Below are positions 54,766 to 64,000 of a DNA stretch of 64,000 nt, piece by piece (the stretch's first letter is position 1; every line of letters begins with the position of its first letter). Both the position numbers and the translations under genes were made by a program. This DNA comes from Planctomycetota bacterium (GTDB lineage: Bacteria > Planctomycetota > UBA1135 > UBA2386), in contig JBFWWV010000004.1 in assembly GCA_050245995.1 (NCBI GenBank), positions 234,104 through 298,103 of the forward strand. The letters run 5' to 3'. The notes under the pieces are model-generated. The model saw only the letters and a list, made by a program, of their open reading frames with translations, searched no databases and was not told the DNA's origin.

Positions 54766-56433
54766 GTGATCTTCGGCGACGCGGGTGAGTTCGCCGTCGA
54801 GGCCGTGCGGGAGCCCGGGCCGGAGCTGCCCGATCGCGTCGGCCACAGCGCGGCTGGTCGGGTGTGCGTGTGGATGCAGGGGGTCGCGGTCGGCGACTTC
54901 GACGAACCGTGTTGTGTCTTCGGCCCCGTCGCCAGCGTGCTGCAGAGGGCGAGCCAGCGGCTCGGACAGCTCTGGGACCCGTCGTTCGGCGGGCTGTCGC
55001 CCGACGAGCTGTTCGACCGGCTCGATCACGCAGTGTACCGGGCGCACCGCGGGCGCAGGCTGCCGCCCGACGAGGACGGGAACGACGAGTCGTTGTCGCG
55101 ATTCGCGTTCCTGACCAACGACAGCGAGGCCTTCGACGGCTGGAAGGTGTTCCTCCTGCAGCCACCCGATGAGGCGGTGATGGTCCTGGTGGCAGAGCCC
55201 GAGGACCCAGCTGCCGTTCGCGTGCTGCGCTTTCCCGCGGTGGCGCTCGTGGGCGCCGCGCGCGCGTTCGCGGCGTGGGTCGATGCGCAGGGCGACGCCG
55301 TGGACGTGCCTTCGCGCAGGCTGCGACGGGCCGCGGCTGCGGCGTTCGCCGCGGTCGCGTTCGGCGCCGTGTCGCTGCACGTCCTGCGGCCCGACCTCGA
55401 TCCGGTGGCGCGACACCTCAGCGAGTACGCGGTCGGCGCGCACGGCTGGATCATGACGCTCGTGTTCGCCGCCTCCGGGCTCGGCGCCGGCCTGTTCGCG
55501 CGGCTGCTGGCGCGCCGCGTGCCGGATGGACCGTCGCGCTTCGTCGCCGTCGGCGCGTTGACCTTGGTCGCCGCCTCGGCGCTCGGCATGGCCTTGTTCG
55601 TCACCGACCTGTCGGTCCCCGACGAGCGCGGTGTCCTGCTGCGCACGACCGCCGGTCACGTGCACGACTGGCTGGCCCGAGTGCACGCGCTGGCCTGGTT
55701 GGTGGCGCTCGCCGTCCTGCCGCGGACGCTTCGCCACGAGCCGGTGCGCCTGCGCCGGTCGCTGTGGCTGGTCCTGCTGGCGGGCGCGGCGCTGCTGTTG
55801 CGCATCGCGTCGCCCGCCGGCGCGTTCGGGCTGACGCAGCGGCTGTGGGTGGCGACGCTGCTGGCGTTCGCGTTCGGGCATCTGGCGCTGCTGCGGCCGG
55901 GGCGGAACGCGCGTTCTCCCGCGGTGGCTGTCGAGGTCGCCGCGCTGTGCTGGATGTTCACCGTGTCGATGGGGCTGTCGCTCACCAGCGATTTCCTCGT
56001 CAAGGCGATGGCGGGGCTCTGGTTGCTCACCGCCGTGCTGGTCGCCGTAGTCTTGGTGTTCCGGGGGATGTTCACGTCGAGCGGGCGGGCGCTGTGGCGC
56101 GGCGCTGCGATCATCGTCTGCACGATCCTGGCGCAAGCTGCTGCCGGCGCACGGTGGCAGTGGCTGGTGGCCGAGAGCAAGGTGCGCGGCGACCGGATCG
56201 GGGCTGCGCTCGTCGACTACCGCGCCGCGCGCGGGGCCTGGCCCGACCGGCTCGAAGCGCTGGTGCCCGCGCACCTGCCGTTCGTTCCGCCGACGGCGAT
56301 GGGCGTCTCCGCGCCGGTTCCCTTCGCCTATCGCGTCGAGGATGGGGACTTCGAGCTGCGCTTCGAGGGGCCGTGGAGCGACTCGTGGTGCCGCGGCGCC
56401 GATCCCGAGTGGTACTGGACTGAGGGATTCTGA
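54766..56433 (+). CDS. hypothetical protein: N-terminal soluble domain plus C-terminal polytopic membrane domain
   Basis: GTG preceded by GGGAGGGAGA. About 190 aa soluble, then ~8 TM helices. No recognisable motifs. Confidence 0.55.
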   Translation: MIFGDAGEFAVEAVREPGPELPDRVGHSAAGRVCVWMQGVAVGDFDEPCCVFGPVASVLQRASQRLGQLWDPSFGGLSPDELFDRLDHAVYRAHRGRRLPPDEDGNDESLSRFAFLTNDSEAFDGWKVFLLQPPDEAVMVLVAEPEDPAAVRVLRFPAVALVGAARAFAAWVDAQGDAVDVPSRRLRRAAAAAFAAVAFGAVSLHVLRPDLDPVARHLSEYAVGAHGWIMTLVFAASGLGAGLFARLLARRVPDGPSRFVAVGALTLVAASALGMALFVTDLSVPDERGVLLRTTAGHVHDWLARVHALAWLVALAVLPRTLRHEPVRLRRSLWLVLLAGAALLLRIASPAGAFGLTQRLWVATLLAFAFGHLALLRPGRNARSPAVAVEVAALCWMFTVSMGLSLTSDFLVKAMAGLWLLTAVLVAVVLVFRGMFTSSGRALWRGAAIIVCTILAQAAAGARWQWLVAESKVRGDRIGAALVDYRAARGAWPDRLEALVPAHLPFVPPTAMGVSAPVPFAYRVEDGDFELRFEGPWSDSWCRGADPEWYWTEGF

Positions 56434-56539
56434 GTAGGCGCTCCGCCGCGGCGGCGAGCCTGTCTTGGCACGCCCGCACCAGTGCCGTACGCTCCGCGCG
56501 TTGGCGGGCGCGGCTGGTGCACGCGCTCACTCGCTCCCC

Positions 56540-59500
56540 ATGCAGTCCTCGACCATCCGCGTTGGGTTCGCATCGGACGGCCGCCTGTGGCCGTTCGCGG
56601 CGGAGTCCGACCAGGCCATCGAGGTGGTGGAGCTGCCGCCGGGAGACCGCCGTGGCGCGGACCTGCCGGCGCGGCTCGACGCGGTCGTGACCTGGGCGCC
56701 GTCGGCCGGTGAGCCGGAAGCGTTCCGGCCGCGTCCGAACGGGCTCGACGTGCCCTGGATCGCCTTGGCCGACGACGAGTCCGTCGCCTCCGCGCTCGCC
56801 CTGGGCGCGGACGCGATCTGCGACCCGGCCGGCGGCCCGATGGCGCTGCTGGCGGCGATCGTCCGCGGTCGCCGCAGCGCGCCGGCCGACTCCGGCGACG
56901 TGACGCCGCCGCGGACGACGGACCTGATCGCCGGCGTGCCGTGCATCGTCTGGGAGGCCTGCGCGGACACGTTGCGGTTCACGTTCGTCAGCGAGCACGC
57001 AGAGCGCCTGCTCGGTTACCCGGCGTCGCGCTGGATCGCGGAGGCCGACTTCTGGGCGCGGCACCTGCACCCCGACGATCGGGCGCGCGTCGTCGAGCAG
57101 TGTCGACGGGAGACGGCCCTCGGGCGCGACCACGAGGTGGAGTACCGCATGCTCGCGGCCGACGGCACGGCGGTGTGGCTGCGCGACGTCGTGCGGCTGG
57201 TCGTGATCGCCGGCGGCGAACGGCGGCTGCGCGGCGTGATGATCGAGGCCGGCCAGCGGATCGCGGCCGAGCAGGCCCTGCGCACGGCGCAGCGGCGGCT
57301 CGAGAACGTGCTGCAGACCGGCGGGGTCGGCACGTTCTCGATCGATCCGGTGCGCAACACCAAGACCTGGGACGCGGCGCTGCGTCGGATCTACGGACGG
57401 TCCTGGGATCCGGCCGATGGCGCCGCGCTCGAACCGTTCCTCCGGCACGTCCACGCCGACGACCGCGACCGCGTGCGGCAGCAGGTCGCCGAGGTGCACG
57501 AGGGAGCGCCGATGGCCGTGTCCGAGTTCCGATACGAACGCGGCGACGGGCGCACGATCTGGGTCGCGAGCACCCTGGTGCCCGAGCGCGACGCGGCCGG
57601 CGGCATCGTCTCGCTGTCGGGCGCGGTGGTGGAGATCACGCGCCTCAAGCTGAACGAGACGCTGCGCGCCGAGCAGGCGGCCGTGCTCGGCATGATCGCC
57701 GGCGGTGCGGCGCTCGAGCCGACGCTGGGACGTCTGCTGCAGGCGGTCGAGTCGCAGGACCCCGCCATGCTGGCCTCGGTCATGTTGGTGTCCGACGACG
57801 GCCGGTTCCTGGAGCCGGCGGCGCGATCGCGATTGCCGCAGGCGTTCTTCGATCGCGTCGGTCGCGTGCCGATCGCGCCCGAGATCGGCAGCTGCGGGCG
57901 CGCGGCGGCCCTCGGCGAGCCGGTCTACGTCGGCGACGCGTTCGCGGACCCGCAGTTCGAGGGCGCGCGGGACATCGCGCGCGAGTTCGCGATCCGGTCG
58001 AGCTGGTCGCAACCCATCTTCGACTCCCGGAAGCGGCTGCTGGGCACCCTGGCGATCTACGGGCAAGAGCCGGGGACTCCCGGCCCCGAGCAGGTACAGC
58101 TGATGGAGTCGGCGACCCACACGGCGGCGATCTGCGTCGAGCGCCACCGGTCCGGGCTGGCGATGCAGCAGGCGCTGACCCGGCTCGACCTGGCGCTGCG
58201 CGCGACCGGCCTCGGTGTGTGGGAGCGCGACCTGCGCACGGACCGCGTGTGGTGGTCGCCCGAGTGTCTCCGGATCCTCGGCGTCGACCGCCCGCCCGAC
58301 CTCCAGACCTGGCGCGCGATGGTCCATCCCGAGGACCTGCCGCGCCTGATGGCCGCGGCCCGGAGGGGGATCGAGCACGGCGAGGAGCTGCGCGCCGAGT
58401 TCCGGGTCGTGCTGGAGGGTGGCGGCGTGCGCTGGCTCGAGAACGTCGGTCGCGTCGAGTTCGACGAACGCGGCGAGCCGCGACGGATGTCGGGCACGAT
58501 GCAGGACATCACCGAGCGCCGCGCCGCGGCCGAAGCGCTGCGCGCCAGCGAGGAACGGTTCCAGCTGGCGATGCGCGGCGCCAACGACGGCCTGTGGGAC
58601 TGGGACCTGCGGACCCGCGACCTCTACCTGTCGCCGCGCTGGAAGTCGATGCTCGGCTACGCCGACGACGAGCTGCCGAACTCCTATGCGACCTGGGAGC
58701 GGCTGACGCATCCCGAGGACATCGCGCCGACCCTCGAACGCGTGGACGCCGCGGTCGAGGGTCGCACCGGGCACTTCGACGGCGAGTTCCGCATGCTTCA
58801 CCGCGACGGCGAGTGGCTCGACATCCTGTCGCGCGGGTTCGTGGTGCGCGACGCCGCGGGCACGCCGTTGCGGATGGTGGGCACGCACGTCGAAATCACG
58901 GCGCGCAAGCGCGCCGAGCAGGCGCTCCGCGAGAGCGAGGAGCGCGCGCGGCGGATGATCGAGGCGGCGATCGACGCGGTCGTCACGATCGACGTCGAGG
59001 GTCGCATCATGCAGTGGAATCGCGAGGCGGAGCACATGTTCGGCCGGTCCCGCGACGCGGTCCTCGGCCGGCCGCTCGACGAGTTCGTCGTGCCGGAGTC
59101 CCAGCGAGCGGCGTTCCGCCGCGCACTCGCGGCCGGCGCCTCGTCGGGCGCGGTGCTGGGCCAGCGGACCCAGCGCACGGCCATGCGCGCCGACGGTTCC
59201 CAGTTCCCGGTCGAGCTGGCGCTCGTCGCGCTGCAGCACGACGGGCGCACGCTGTTCCACGCCTTCGTGCGCGACATCACCGAGCTGCGGCGGGCCGAGC
59301 GCGTGCGGGCGCAGCTCGAGTCGCAGCTGCGCCAGGCGCAGAAGATGGAGGCGATCGGCACGCTCGCGGGCGGGATCGCCCACGACTTCAACAACATCCT
59401 GGCGGTGATCCTCGGCACGGTCGAGATGCTGATGCAGGAGAGCGGCCGCGGCGAGGAGGAGCGCGCGGGCCTGGGCGCGGTCGGTCAGGCCGCGACCCGC

Positions 59501-60478
59501 GGCTCGATGCTCGTGCACCAGATCCTGACGTTCAGCCGCAGCCAGCAGCCGGACCTGCGCCCGCTGCACCTCGACGCCATCGTCACCGAGGTGTGCGCGA
59601 TGCTGCGCAGCAGCCTGCCGGCCGGCGTCGAGCTGCGCGCGAGCTGCGGCGGCGGGTCGTCTTCGACCATCCTCGGCGACACCACGCAGCTGCATCAGTG
59701 CATCGTCAACCTGTGCACCAACGCCGCCCACGCGTACGGGGAAGGCGCCGGCGCCGGCCTCGTCGAGCTGCGCGTCGGCCACCAGCACGTGCACCAGCTC
59801 ACGCCGGTCGGCAGCGCCACCATGCCGCCCGGCCGCTACGTGACCCTCGCGGTCACGGACCGCGGCGTCGGCATGGCGCCGCAGGTCATGGAGCGGATGT
59901 TCGAGCCGTTCTTCAGCACGAGGCCGCCGGACCAGGGCAGCGGGCTCGGCCTCGCCGTGGTCCACGGCGTGGTGACGGGCCACCGCGGCGCGATCGCCGT
60001 GGCGAGCTCCCCGGGGCACGGCACGACGGTCACCGTCTGGTTCCCGGAGCACGATGGGACGCCCGACGTGGTGCTGCCGCGCCCGGCCAGTGCGCCGCGC
60101 GGCAACGGCCAGCGGGTGTTGTTCGTGGACGACGAGCCGGCGCTCGCCGAGCTCGGGCGCCGCGCGCTCGAGCGCCTCGGCTACCGTCCCGAGGTGTTCA
60201 CCGATCCGCGCGCGGCGCTGGCCGCGTTCGAGCGCGACCCGGCGGCGTTCCAGCTGGTCGTCACCGACCAGAACATGCCGGAGCTGTCGGGTCTGGACCT
60301 GGCCGCGGCGATCCGCGGTCGCCGCCCCGAACTGCCGATCGTGCTCAGCTCCGGCTACGTGCCGCCGGACGTGCAGAGCGCCGCGACCGAGCTGGGCATC
60401 GATCGCTTCGTCGGCAAGCCGTGCTCGTCGATCGAGCTGGCGCGGGTCCTGCAGGGGACTCTCGATCGCGGCCGCTAG
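56540..60478 (+). CDS. hybrid sensor histidine kinase/response regulator with multiple PAS/GAF domains
   Basis: Track ORF 56465..60478, start at M26 (MQSSTIRVGF). N-terminal receiver-like region. Several PAS repeats (W.DW repeats such as DGLWDWDLRTRDLYLSPRW). GAF. HisKA H-box IAHDFNNILAVILG. HATPase N/G boxes NLCTNAAHA and GSGLGLAVV. C-terminal REC (VLFVDDEP...VVTDQNMPELSG). Confidence 0.85.
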   Translation: MQSSTIRVGFASDGRLWPFAAESDQAIEVVELPPGDRRGADLPARLDAVVTWAPSAGEPEAFRPRPNGLDVPWIALADDESVASALALGADAICDPAGGPMALLAAIVRGRRSAPADSGDVTPPRTTDLIAGVPCIVWEACADTLRFTFVSEHAERLLGYPASRWIAEADFWARHLHPDDRARVVEQCRRETALGRDHEVEYRMLAADGTAVWLRDVVRLVVIAGGERRLRGVMIEAGQRIAAEQALRTAQRRLENVLQTGGVGTFSIDPVRNTKTWDAALRRIYGRSWDPADGAALEPFLRHVHADDRDRVRQQVAEVHEGAPMAVSEFRYERGDGRTIWVASTLVPERDAAGGIVSLSGAVVEITRLKLNETLRAEQAAVLGMIAGGAALEPTLGRLLQAVESQDPAMLASVMLVSDDGRFLEPAARSRLPQAFFDRVGRVPIAPEIGSCGRAAALGEPVYVGDAFADPQFEGARDIAREFAIRSSWSQPIFDSRKRLLGTLAIYGQEPGTPGPEQVQLMESATHTAAICVERHRSGLAMQQALTRLDLALRATGLGVWERDLRTDRVWWSPECLRILGVDRPPDLQTWRAMVHPEDLPRLMAAARRGIEHGEELRAEFRVVLEGGGVRWLENVGRVEFDERGEPRRMSGTMQDITERRAAAEALRASEERFQLAMRGANDGLWDWDLRTRDLYLSPRWKSMLGYADDELPNSYATWERLTHPEDIAPTLERVDAAVEGRTGHFDGEFRMLHRDGEWLDILSRGFVVRDAAGTPLRMVGTHVEITARKRAEQALRESEERARRMIEAAIDAVVTIDVEGRIMQWNREAEHMFGRSRDAVLGRPLDEFVVPESQRAAFRRALAAGASSGAVLGQRTQRTAMRADGSQFPVELALVALQHDGRTLFHAFVRDITELRRAERVRAQLESQLRQAQKMEAIGTLAGGIAHDFNNILAVILGTVEMLMQESGRGEEERAGLGAVGQAATRGSMLVHQILTFSRSQQPDLRPLHLDAIVTEVCAMLRSSLPAGVELRASCGGGSSSTILGDTTQLHQCIVNLCTNAAHAYGEGAGAGLVELRVGHQHVHQLTPVGSATMPPGRYVTLAVTDRGVGMAPQVMERMFEPFFSTRPPDQGSGLGLAVVHGVVTGHRGAIAVASSPGHGTTVTVWFPEHDGTPDVVLPRPASAPRGNGQRVLFVDDEPALAELGRRALERLGYRPEVFTDPRAALAAFERDPAAFQLVVTDQNMPELSGLDLAAAIRGRRPELPIVLSSGYVPPDVQSAATELGIDRFVGKPCSSIELARVLQGTLDRGR

Positions 60479-60648
60479 GAGGCTGCGCCACGGGAGGCGC
60501 GAGGGCCGGGTGCGTGAGTCTCGTTCGGCGGCGTCGTCCGGAAACGCAGGCGAATCGGTGGATTCACCGAGGCTTTCGGGCGGCGCTGCCGGGCGAAGGG
60601 CGCGTGCTCGGCGTCGTGCGTTCCCGTGGCGCAGACGCCTGGTGCCGG

Positions 60649-61956
60649 TCACGCGGCGCGCGCGACCGCGGGGCCCCGCAGCGCCGCGACCAGCAGCGCC
60701 ACGTCGAACAGCGGGAGCACGTAGACGCTGTTGAGCCACTCGTCGCCGGCGTCGCCGAGGATCGCCTTGCCGAACCCGCAGCAGACCGCGAACGCGGCCA
60801 GCAGCGCCGCGAGGCCGCGCGAGCGCGTGCGCCAGGTGCGCAGCAGCAGCAGGTACACCAGCGGCAGCAGCGCCACGTGGTGCGCCTTCCAGCTCAGCGG
60901 CGACGCCAGCAGCGACAGCACCAGCGCCGCGGCGAACAGCCGGGGGCGCGCCGCGGCCGCGCCGTCCACGGCGCGCTCGTGCAGAGCCGGGCCGGACCGA
61001 CGGCGCGCGCAGAAGGCGGCCACCAGGAGCCACGCGAGCCCGCCCAGCGTGATCGCCCGCGCGGCCGCCGCGGCGACCCACGCGGGCAGACCGAGGCCGG
61101 GTGCCATGCCGAGCTCGACGCGCGCCGCGAACTCCGGCGGCACGGTGCCCAGCCAGCGCGCGGTCGCGCAGCGCAGCGACTGGTTCATCCATTCGAACTC
61201 CGGGAAGGCGAGCGCCGGCGCCGCGAACGCGTCGGTCTGCGCGGCCAGCGCCAGCGAACCTTCGAACCAGCGCTGCCATGGCGCCGGATCGCCGCGCAGC
61301 AGCAGCAGGCTCAGCAGCGCGAGCGCCAGCCCCGCGGCCGCTGCGTGCGCCGCCGCGCGCCGGTGGCCGAACACCAGCAGCAGCGGCAGCAGCAGCACCT
61401 GGGTCGGCTTGGTCGCCAGCGAGAACCCGAGCAGCCAGCCGGCGCGCGCCGGCCGGTCCTGTTCGGCGGCCGCGAATGCCAGCGTGCACAGCGCCACGTT
61501 GATCAGGTTGCCGCCGCCGCCGTGGGTGTCGCGCAGCAGGAAGCGCGAGAGCAACGCGATCGCCAGCAGCGCGAGCCAGCGGTGCTCGCGGTCGGTGGGG
61601 TGCGGCGGCGGGTCGCGCGCGAGCGCGCGCAGCGCCCGCAGCAGCGCCACCAGCGCGCCCAGCTGCAGCAACGCCCACGCGCACCGGGCGGCGCGCAGCC
61701 CGAACACCGCGTCGACGCCGGCGAACGGCGCCGTCAGCAGCCCGAACGACGGCGGGTACGGCGCGTGCAGCGGCCGCACCGGCGCGTCCGGATCCGAGCG
61801 CCAGTCGCCGTAGACGTCCTCGCCGACGACCAGCCGGCGGCCGAACTCGAGGTGATCCAGCAGCACGCCGCGGTGATCCGGGCGCGTGGTGGCGCGGACG
61901 ACCACCAGCGTCGCGAGCGCGATCCAGAGCAGCAGCCAGCGTTGGCGCGGGGGCAT
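60649..61956 (-). CDS. GT87/DUF2029-family membrane glycosyltransferase (polyprenyl-phosphate-mannose-dependent mannosyltransferase-like)
   Basis: 435 aa, ~11 TM. Motifs GGGNLINV and HHVALLPL typical of DUF2029/GT87 GT-C enzymes. Confidence 0.65.
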   Translation of the reverse strand: MPPRQRWLLLWIALATLVVVRATTRPDHRGVLLDHLEFGRRLVVGEDVYGDWRSDPDAPVRPLHAPYPPSFGLLTAPFAGVDAVFGLRAARCAWALLQLGALVALLRALRALARDPPPHPTDREHRWLALLAIALLSRFLLRDTHGGGGNLINVALCTLAFAAAEQDRPARAGWLLGFSLATKPTQVLLLPLLLVFGHRRAAAHAAAAGLALALLSLLLLRGDPAPWQRWFEGSLALAAQTDAFAAPALAFPEFEWMNQSLRCATARWLGTVPPEFAARVELGMAPGLGLPAWVAAAAARAITLGGLAWLLVAAFCARRRSGPALHERAVDGAAAARPRLFAAALVLSLLASPLSWKAHHVALLPLVYLLLLRTWRTRSRGLAALLAAFAVCCGFGKAILGDAGDEWLNSVYVLPLFDVALLVAALRGPAVARAA

Positions 61957-62003
61957 GGGCAGGACGCCCTTGTAGCGCGCGGGTGTCCCGGGCGCGCCCC
62001 CGC

Positions 62004-62039
62004 GCCGCGCGACGGGCCGCGCGACGGGCCGCGCGACGG
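62004..62039. repeat. 3 x 12-nt perfect tandem repeat GCCGCGCGACGG
   Basis: Direct inspection. Lies in the 93-bp interval between the PKD gene stop and the GT87 gene start (both on the minus strand). Confidence 0.8.
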
Positions 62040-62049
62040 GCGCCGCGCC

Positions 62050-64000
62050 TCAGAGCCCGATGAGCACCGCTGCCGCGTCCGAGAGCACCCAGCCGAAGCC
62101 GTTCGCCGGCGGGTCGGGCACCAGTGCCTGCACGTAGAACGGCACGCACAGGAGCGTCGGGTCGTTCGGGATCGGCAGGCCGTACGACACCCGGTTCTGG
62201 CTGCCGAGCAGCAGCCGGGTCTCGTCGAGGCTCTGGTGCAGCGCGCAGCCGGGCGCGGCGAGGATCGACAGATCGATCGGCAGCGGGCCGAACGGCGAGG
62301 TCGTGTTGCTGATGCCGAGGGCGAGGAACGCGGCGTCGTGCGGCACCGGCTCGAACGCGACGGTCAACGTCTGGCCGGGCACCGCGGCGCCGCTGCGGGT
62401 CTGCTGCACCGGCACGCCGAGCGACGAGTCGCAGCCGGACGCGAAGAAGCCGTCGCCGGCGAGGCCGCCGAGCGCGCACAGGTCGTAGTGCAGGATGCCG
62501 TTCCACACGCGCGGGCTGGTCGCGCCGACTGCGAACGGCGCCGACTTGCCGAGGCCGCAGCGGATCGCGACGTCGGCGTTGCCGTAGTCGAGGGGCGCGG
62601 CGGGACCGGCCGACGAGTAGGCGATGCCGCAGCCGAACAGGTGCACCGCCAGGCCGTAGCTGCCGGGCGGCAGCACCGTTCGTCGATCGAGCTGCAGCAG
62701 CGTCGGCACCGCGGTCGCCGTGGTCGGCGCGCCCTGGAACGTGCCGGACGCGGTCGCCAGCAGGCGCCACCGGCTCCCGTCGGCGTGGTGCGCGGCGGCG
62801 CCGCCTGCGGCGTCGGTGATCCAGACCTGGCACGCGATCGGCGCGCCGATGGCGGTCGTCGGCGAGTACGGGCACACGGTCAGCGCGGTCAGGTTGACCC
62901 CGGCCGGGTTCCGCACCTCGAGCTCGAACGCGTTGCCGGCGCCGCTGCCCGACAGGCCGTTGCCGACCGCGAACGTCGTCGGCAGCGCCGGCTGTGGCAG
63001 CACGTTCCGGGTCGCGCTCGACGCCGGCGCGCACAGGCGCGAGGCCTGCAGCGTCACCGCGACCGGTGTGGTCGAAGGCGGGTAGTTCCAGACCGCGACC
63101 GGGCCGTTGGCGTCGATGGCGCCGTCGCCGTCGAGGTCCCAGAGCGACGTGGTGGCCGGCGGCGTCGACGTGTCGGTGAACAGCACCGCGTTGCCGCCGA
63201 GCGCCTGCCAGGTGAAGTCGGCGACCAGGTGGTCGGTGACGACGCAGTCGACCTCGGTGCGCGTGCTCGGCGCGTGCACGCCGTCGCCGACCGTCAGCGT
63301 CACGGTGTGGTTGCCGCAGGTCGTGAACACGTGCACCGGCGACGGCGCGGTGGAGTCGACGACGCCGTCGTTGTCGAAGTCCCAGGCCCACGTCTGCACG
63401 CCGCCCGGCGCGCTGCTGTACGACGTGTCGGTGAAGTGCACGGCCAGCGGCGTGGGGCCGGTCGGCGGGTCGCAGGTGAAGGCGGCGAACAGGCCGTTCG
63501 CCGGCAGGAACTCGACCTCGACGACCGCGCCGTGGTTGTGGGTCGTGCCGTTGGCCAGCGGGTAGAGCGTCGACGAGTACACGCGGCTCGCCAGCGCCGT
63601 GCCGGTCTGCACGTCCATGTTCGACAGCGTGCCGCCGCTGTAGTTGGCGCCGCCCGGGTACTCGACGTCGACGATCAGGTCGCCCTGCTGCGGGTCGTAG
63701 AGGAACGGCACCTGCAACGGCAGGTCGATGACGACGCGGCCCGGCAGGCCGGCGCCGGCGCCGGTGCCGGCGAGGTAGACGGCCGGCCCTGAGTACACCG
63801 TCGTCACGTCGGCGCCGTGGTTCTGCGCGAACGACTGCGTGACCGCGGCGTGGTCGACGGCCGCGGTCGACAGCGCCACGGTGGCCTGCGCGAACGTGCC
63901 GCCGGTCCAGGTGATCGACGAGTCGTTGGCGCGCCAAGCGAGCCGCGTGATGCGGATCGGCGCGGTGACGCCGGCGAGCGTGAAGTTGGAGCTGTCGTAG
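62050..64000 (-). CDS. secreted PKD-domain protein, 5'-truncated by window end, with C-terminal Ig/E-set-like domain shared with the Kelch proteins
   Basis: Track ORF 62050..63879 starts at GTG, but the frame remains open to 64000 and there is no signal peptide at the track start, so the gene continues beyond the window. PKD signatures WAWDFDNDGVVDSTAPSPVHVFTTCGNHTVTLTVGDG and SLWDLDGDGAIDANGPVAVWNY. C-terminal GCDSSLG...GCALH...YVQALVPD...SDAAAVL. Confidence 0.75.
   Translation of the reverse strand, partial: YDSSNFTLAGVTAPIRITRLAWRANDSSITWTGGTFAQATVALSTAAVDHAAVTQSFAQNHGADVTTVYSGPAVYLAGTGAGAGLPGRVVIDLPLQVPFLYDPQQGDLIVDVEYPGGANYSGGTLSNMDVQTGTALASRVYSSTLYPLANGTTHNHGAVVEVEFLPANGLFAAFTCDPPTGPTPLAVHFTDTSYSSAPGGVQTWAWDFDNDGVVDSTAPSPVHVFTTCGNHTVTLTVGDGVHAPSTRTEVDCVVTDHLVADFTWQALGGNAVLFTDTSTPPATTSLWDLDGDGAIDANGPVAVWNYPPSTTPVAVTLQASRLCAPASSATRNVLPQPALPTTFAVGNGLSGSGAGNAFELEVRNPAGVNLTALTVCPYSPTTAIGAPIACQVWITDAAGGAAAHHADGSRWRLLATASGTFQGAPTTATAVPTLLQLDRRTVLPPGSYGLAVHLFGCGIAYSSAGPAAPLDYGNADVAIRCGLGKSAPFAVGATSPRVWNGILHYDLCALGGLAGDGFFASGCDSSLGVPVQQTRSGAAVPGQTLTVAFEPVPHDAAFLALGISNTTSPFGPLPIDLSILAAPGCALHQSLDETRLLLGSQNRVSYGLPIPNDPTLLCVPFYVQALVPDPPANGFGWVLSDAAAVLIGL

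Noticed and set aside
56111-63937. 2608-aa minus-strand ORF
   Set aside because: Antisense/off-frame over the hybrid histidine kinase, GT87 and PKD genes. Arg/Gly-rich low complexity. The real genes here are 56540..60478 (+), 60649..61956 (−) and 62050..64000 (−) in other frames.
1-64000. CRISPR arrays, rRNA genes, IS elements/transposases/integrases
   Set aside because: No short direct repeats with spacers, no rRNA-like conserved stretches and no DDE/tyrosine-recombinase-like ORFs were found in any frame. The only candidate mobile-DNA signature is the compositionally distinct 25350..26900 island.

Overview
High-GC (~70%) Gram-negative chromosomal segment. Gene content looks Myxococcota-like: ECF sigma factors paired with Ser/Thr kinases, Kelch/PKD secreted proteins, a TolC outer-membrane factor and lipoproteins. 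The six-frame track is dominated by long Arg-rich antisense/off-frame ORFs, which I rejected. About 47 CDS are supported. Internal start codons were placed by amino-acid offset from the track ORF ends.

Gene content in order:
- A 5'-truncated voltage-sensor-domain (VSD) membrane protein, followed by a GT-C glycosyltransferase and a secreted CarD_reg-repeat protein.
- An EamA transporter, a secreted TPR-like protein, and a membrane SGNH/DTHW acyl-esterase.
- A TolC / HlyD / ABC-ATPase / ABC-permease exporter operon with overlapping stop/start codons.
- A DUF1801 protein and a ParE/RelE toxin-antitoxin pair.
- A Bat-like cluster lacking MoxR, split into DUF58–DUF4381–VWA–VWA (20.6–24.5 kb) and BatC/D/E-like genes (49.3–52.3 kb).
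- A UDG-superfamily protein, then a low-GC (~45–55%) two-gene island: a membrane-anchored protein and a 10-Cys secreted protein.
- A TlpA-like thioredoxin gene whose CxxC first Cys is an in-frame TGA (UVPC), giving a probable selenoprotein. A Cys paralogue (WCGPC) lies 14 kb away.
- GH2 glycosidase, an SPFH protein, and a small-protein / ECF sigma / Ser-Thr kinase operon.
- A Tat-ankyrin protein, an NhaC antiporter, and two Kelch beta-propeller secreted proteins.
- An ECF sigma factor fused to a transmembrane anti-sigma-like region with CarD_reg repeats, followed by an M50B-like metalloprotease.
- A FIST protein, ychF, a hybrid PAS/GAF histidine kinase, a GT87-like glycosyltransferase and a 5'-truncated PKD protein.

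No rRNA, CRISPR or transposase was seen. There is one degenerate tRNA-like element in an unusual intergenic locus.
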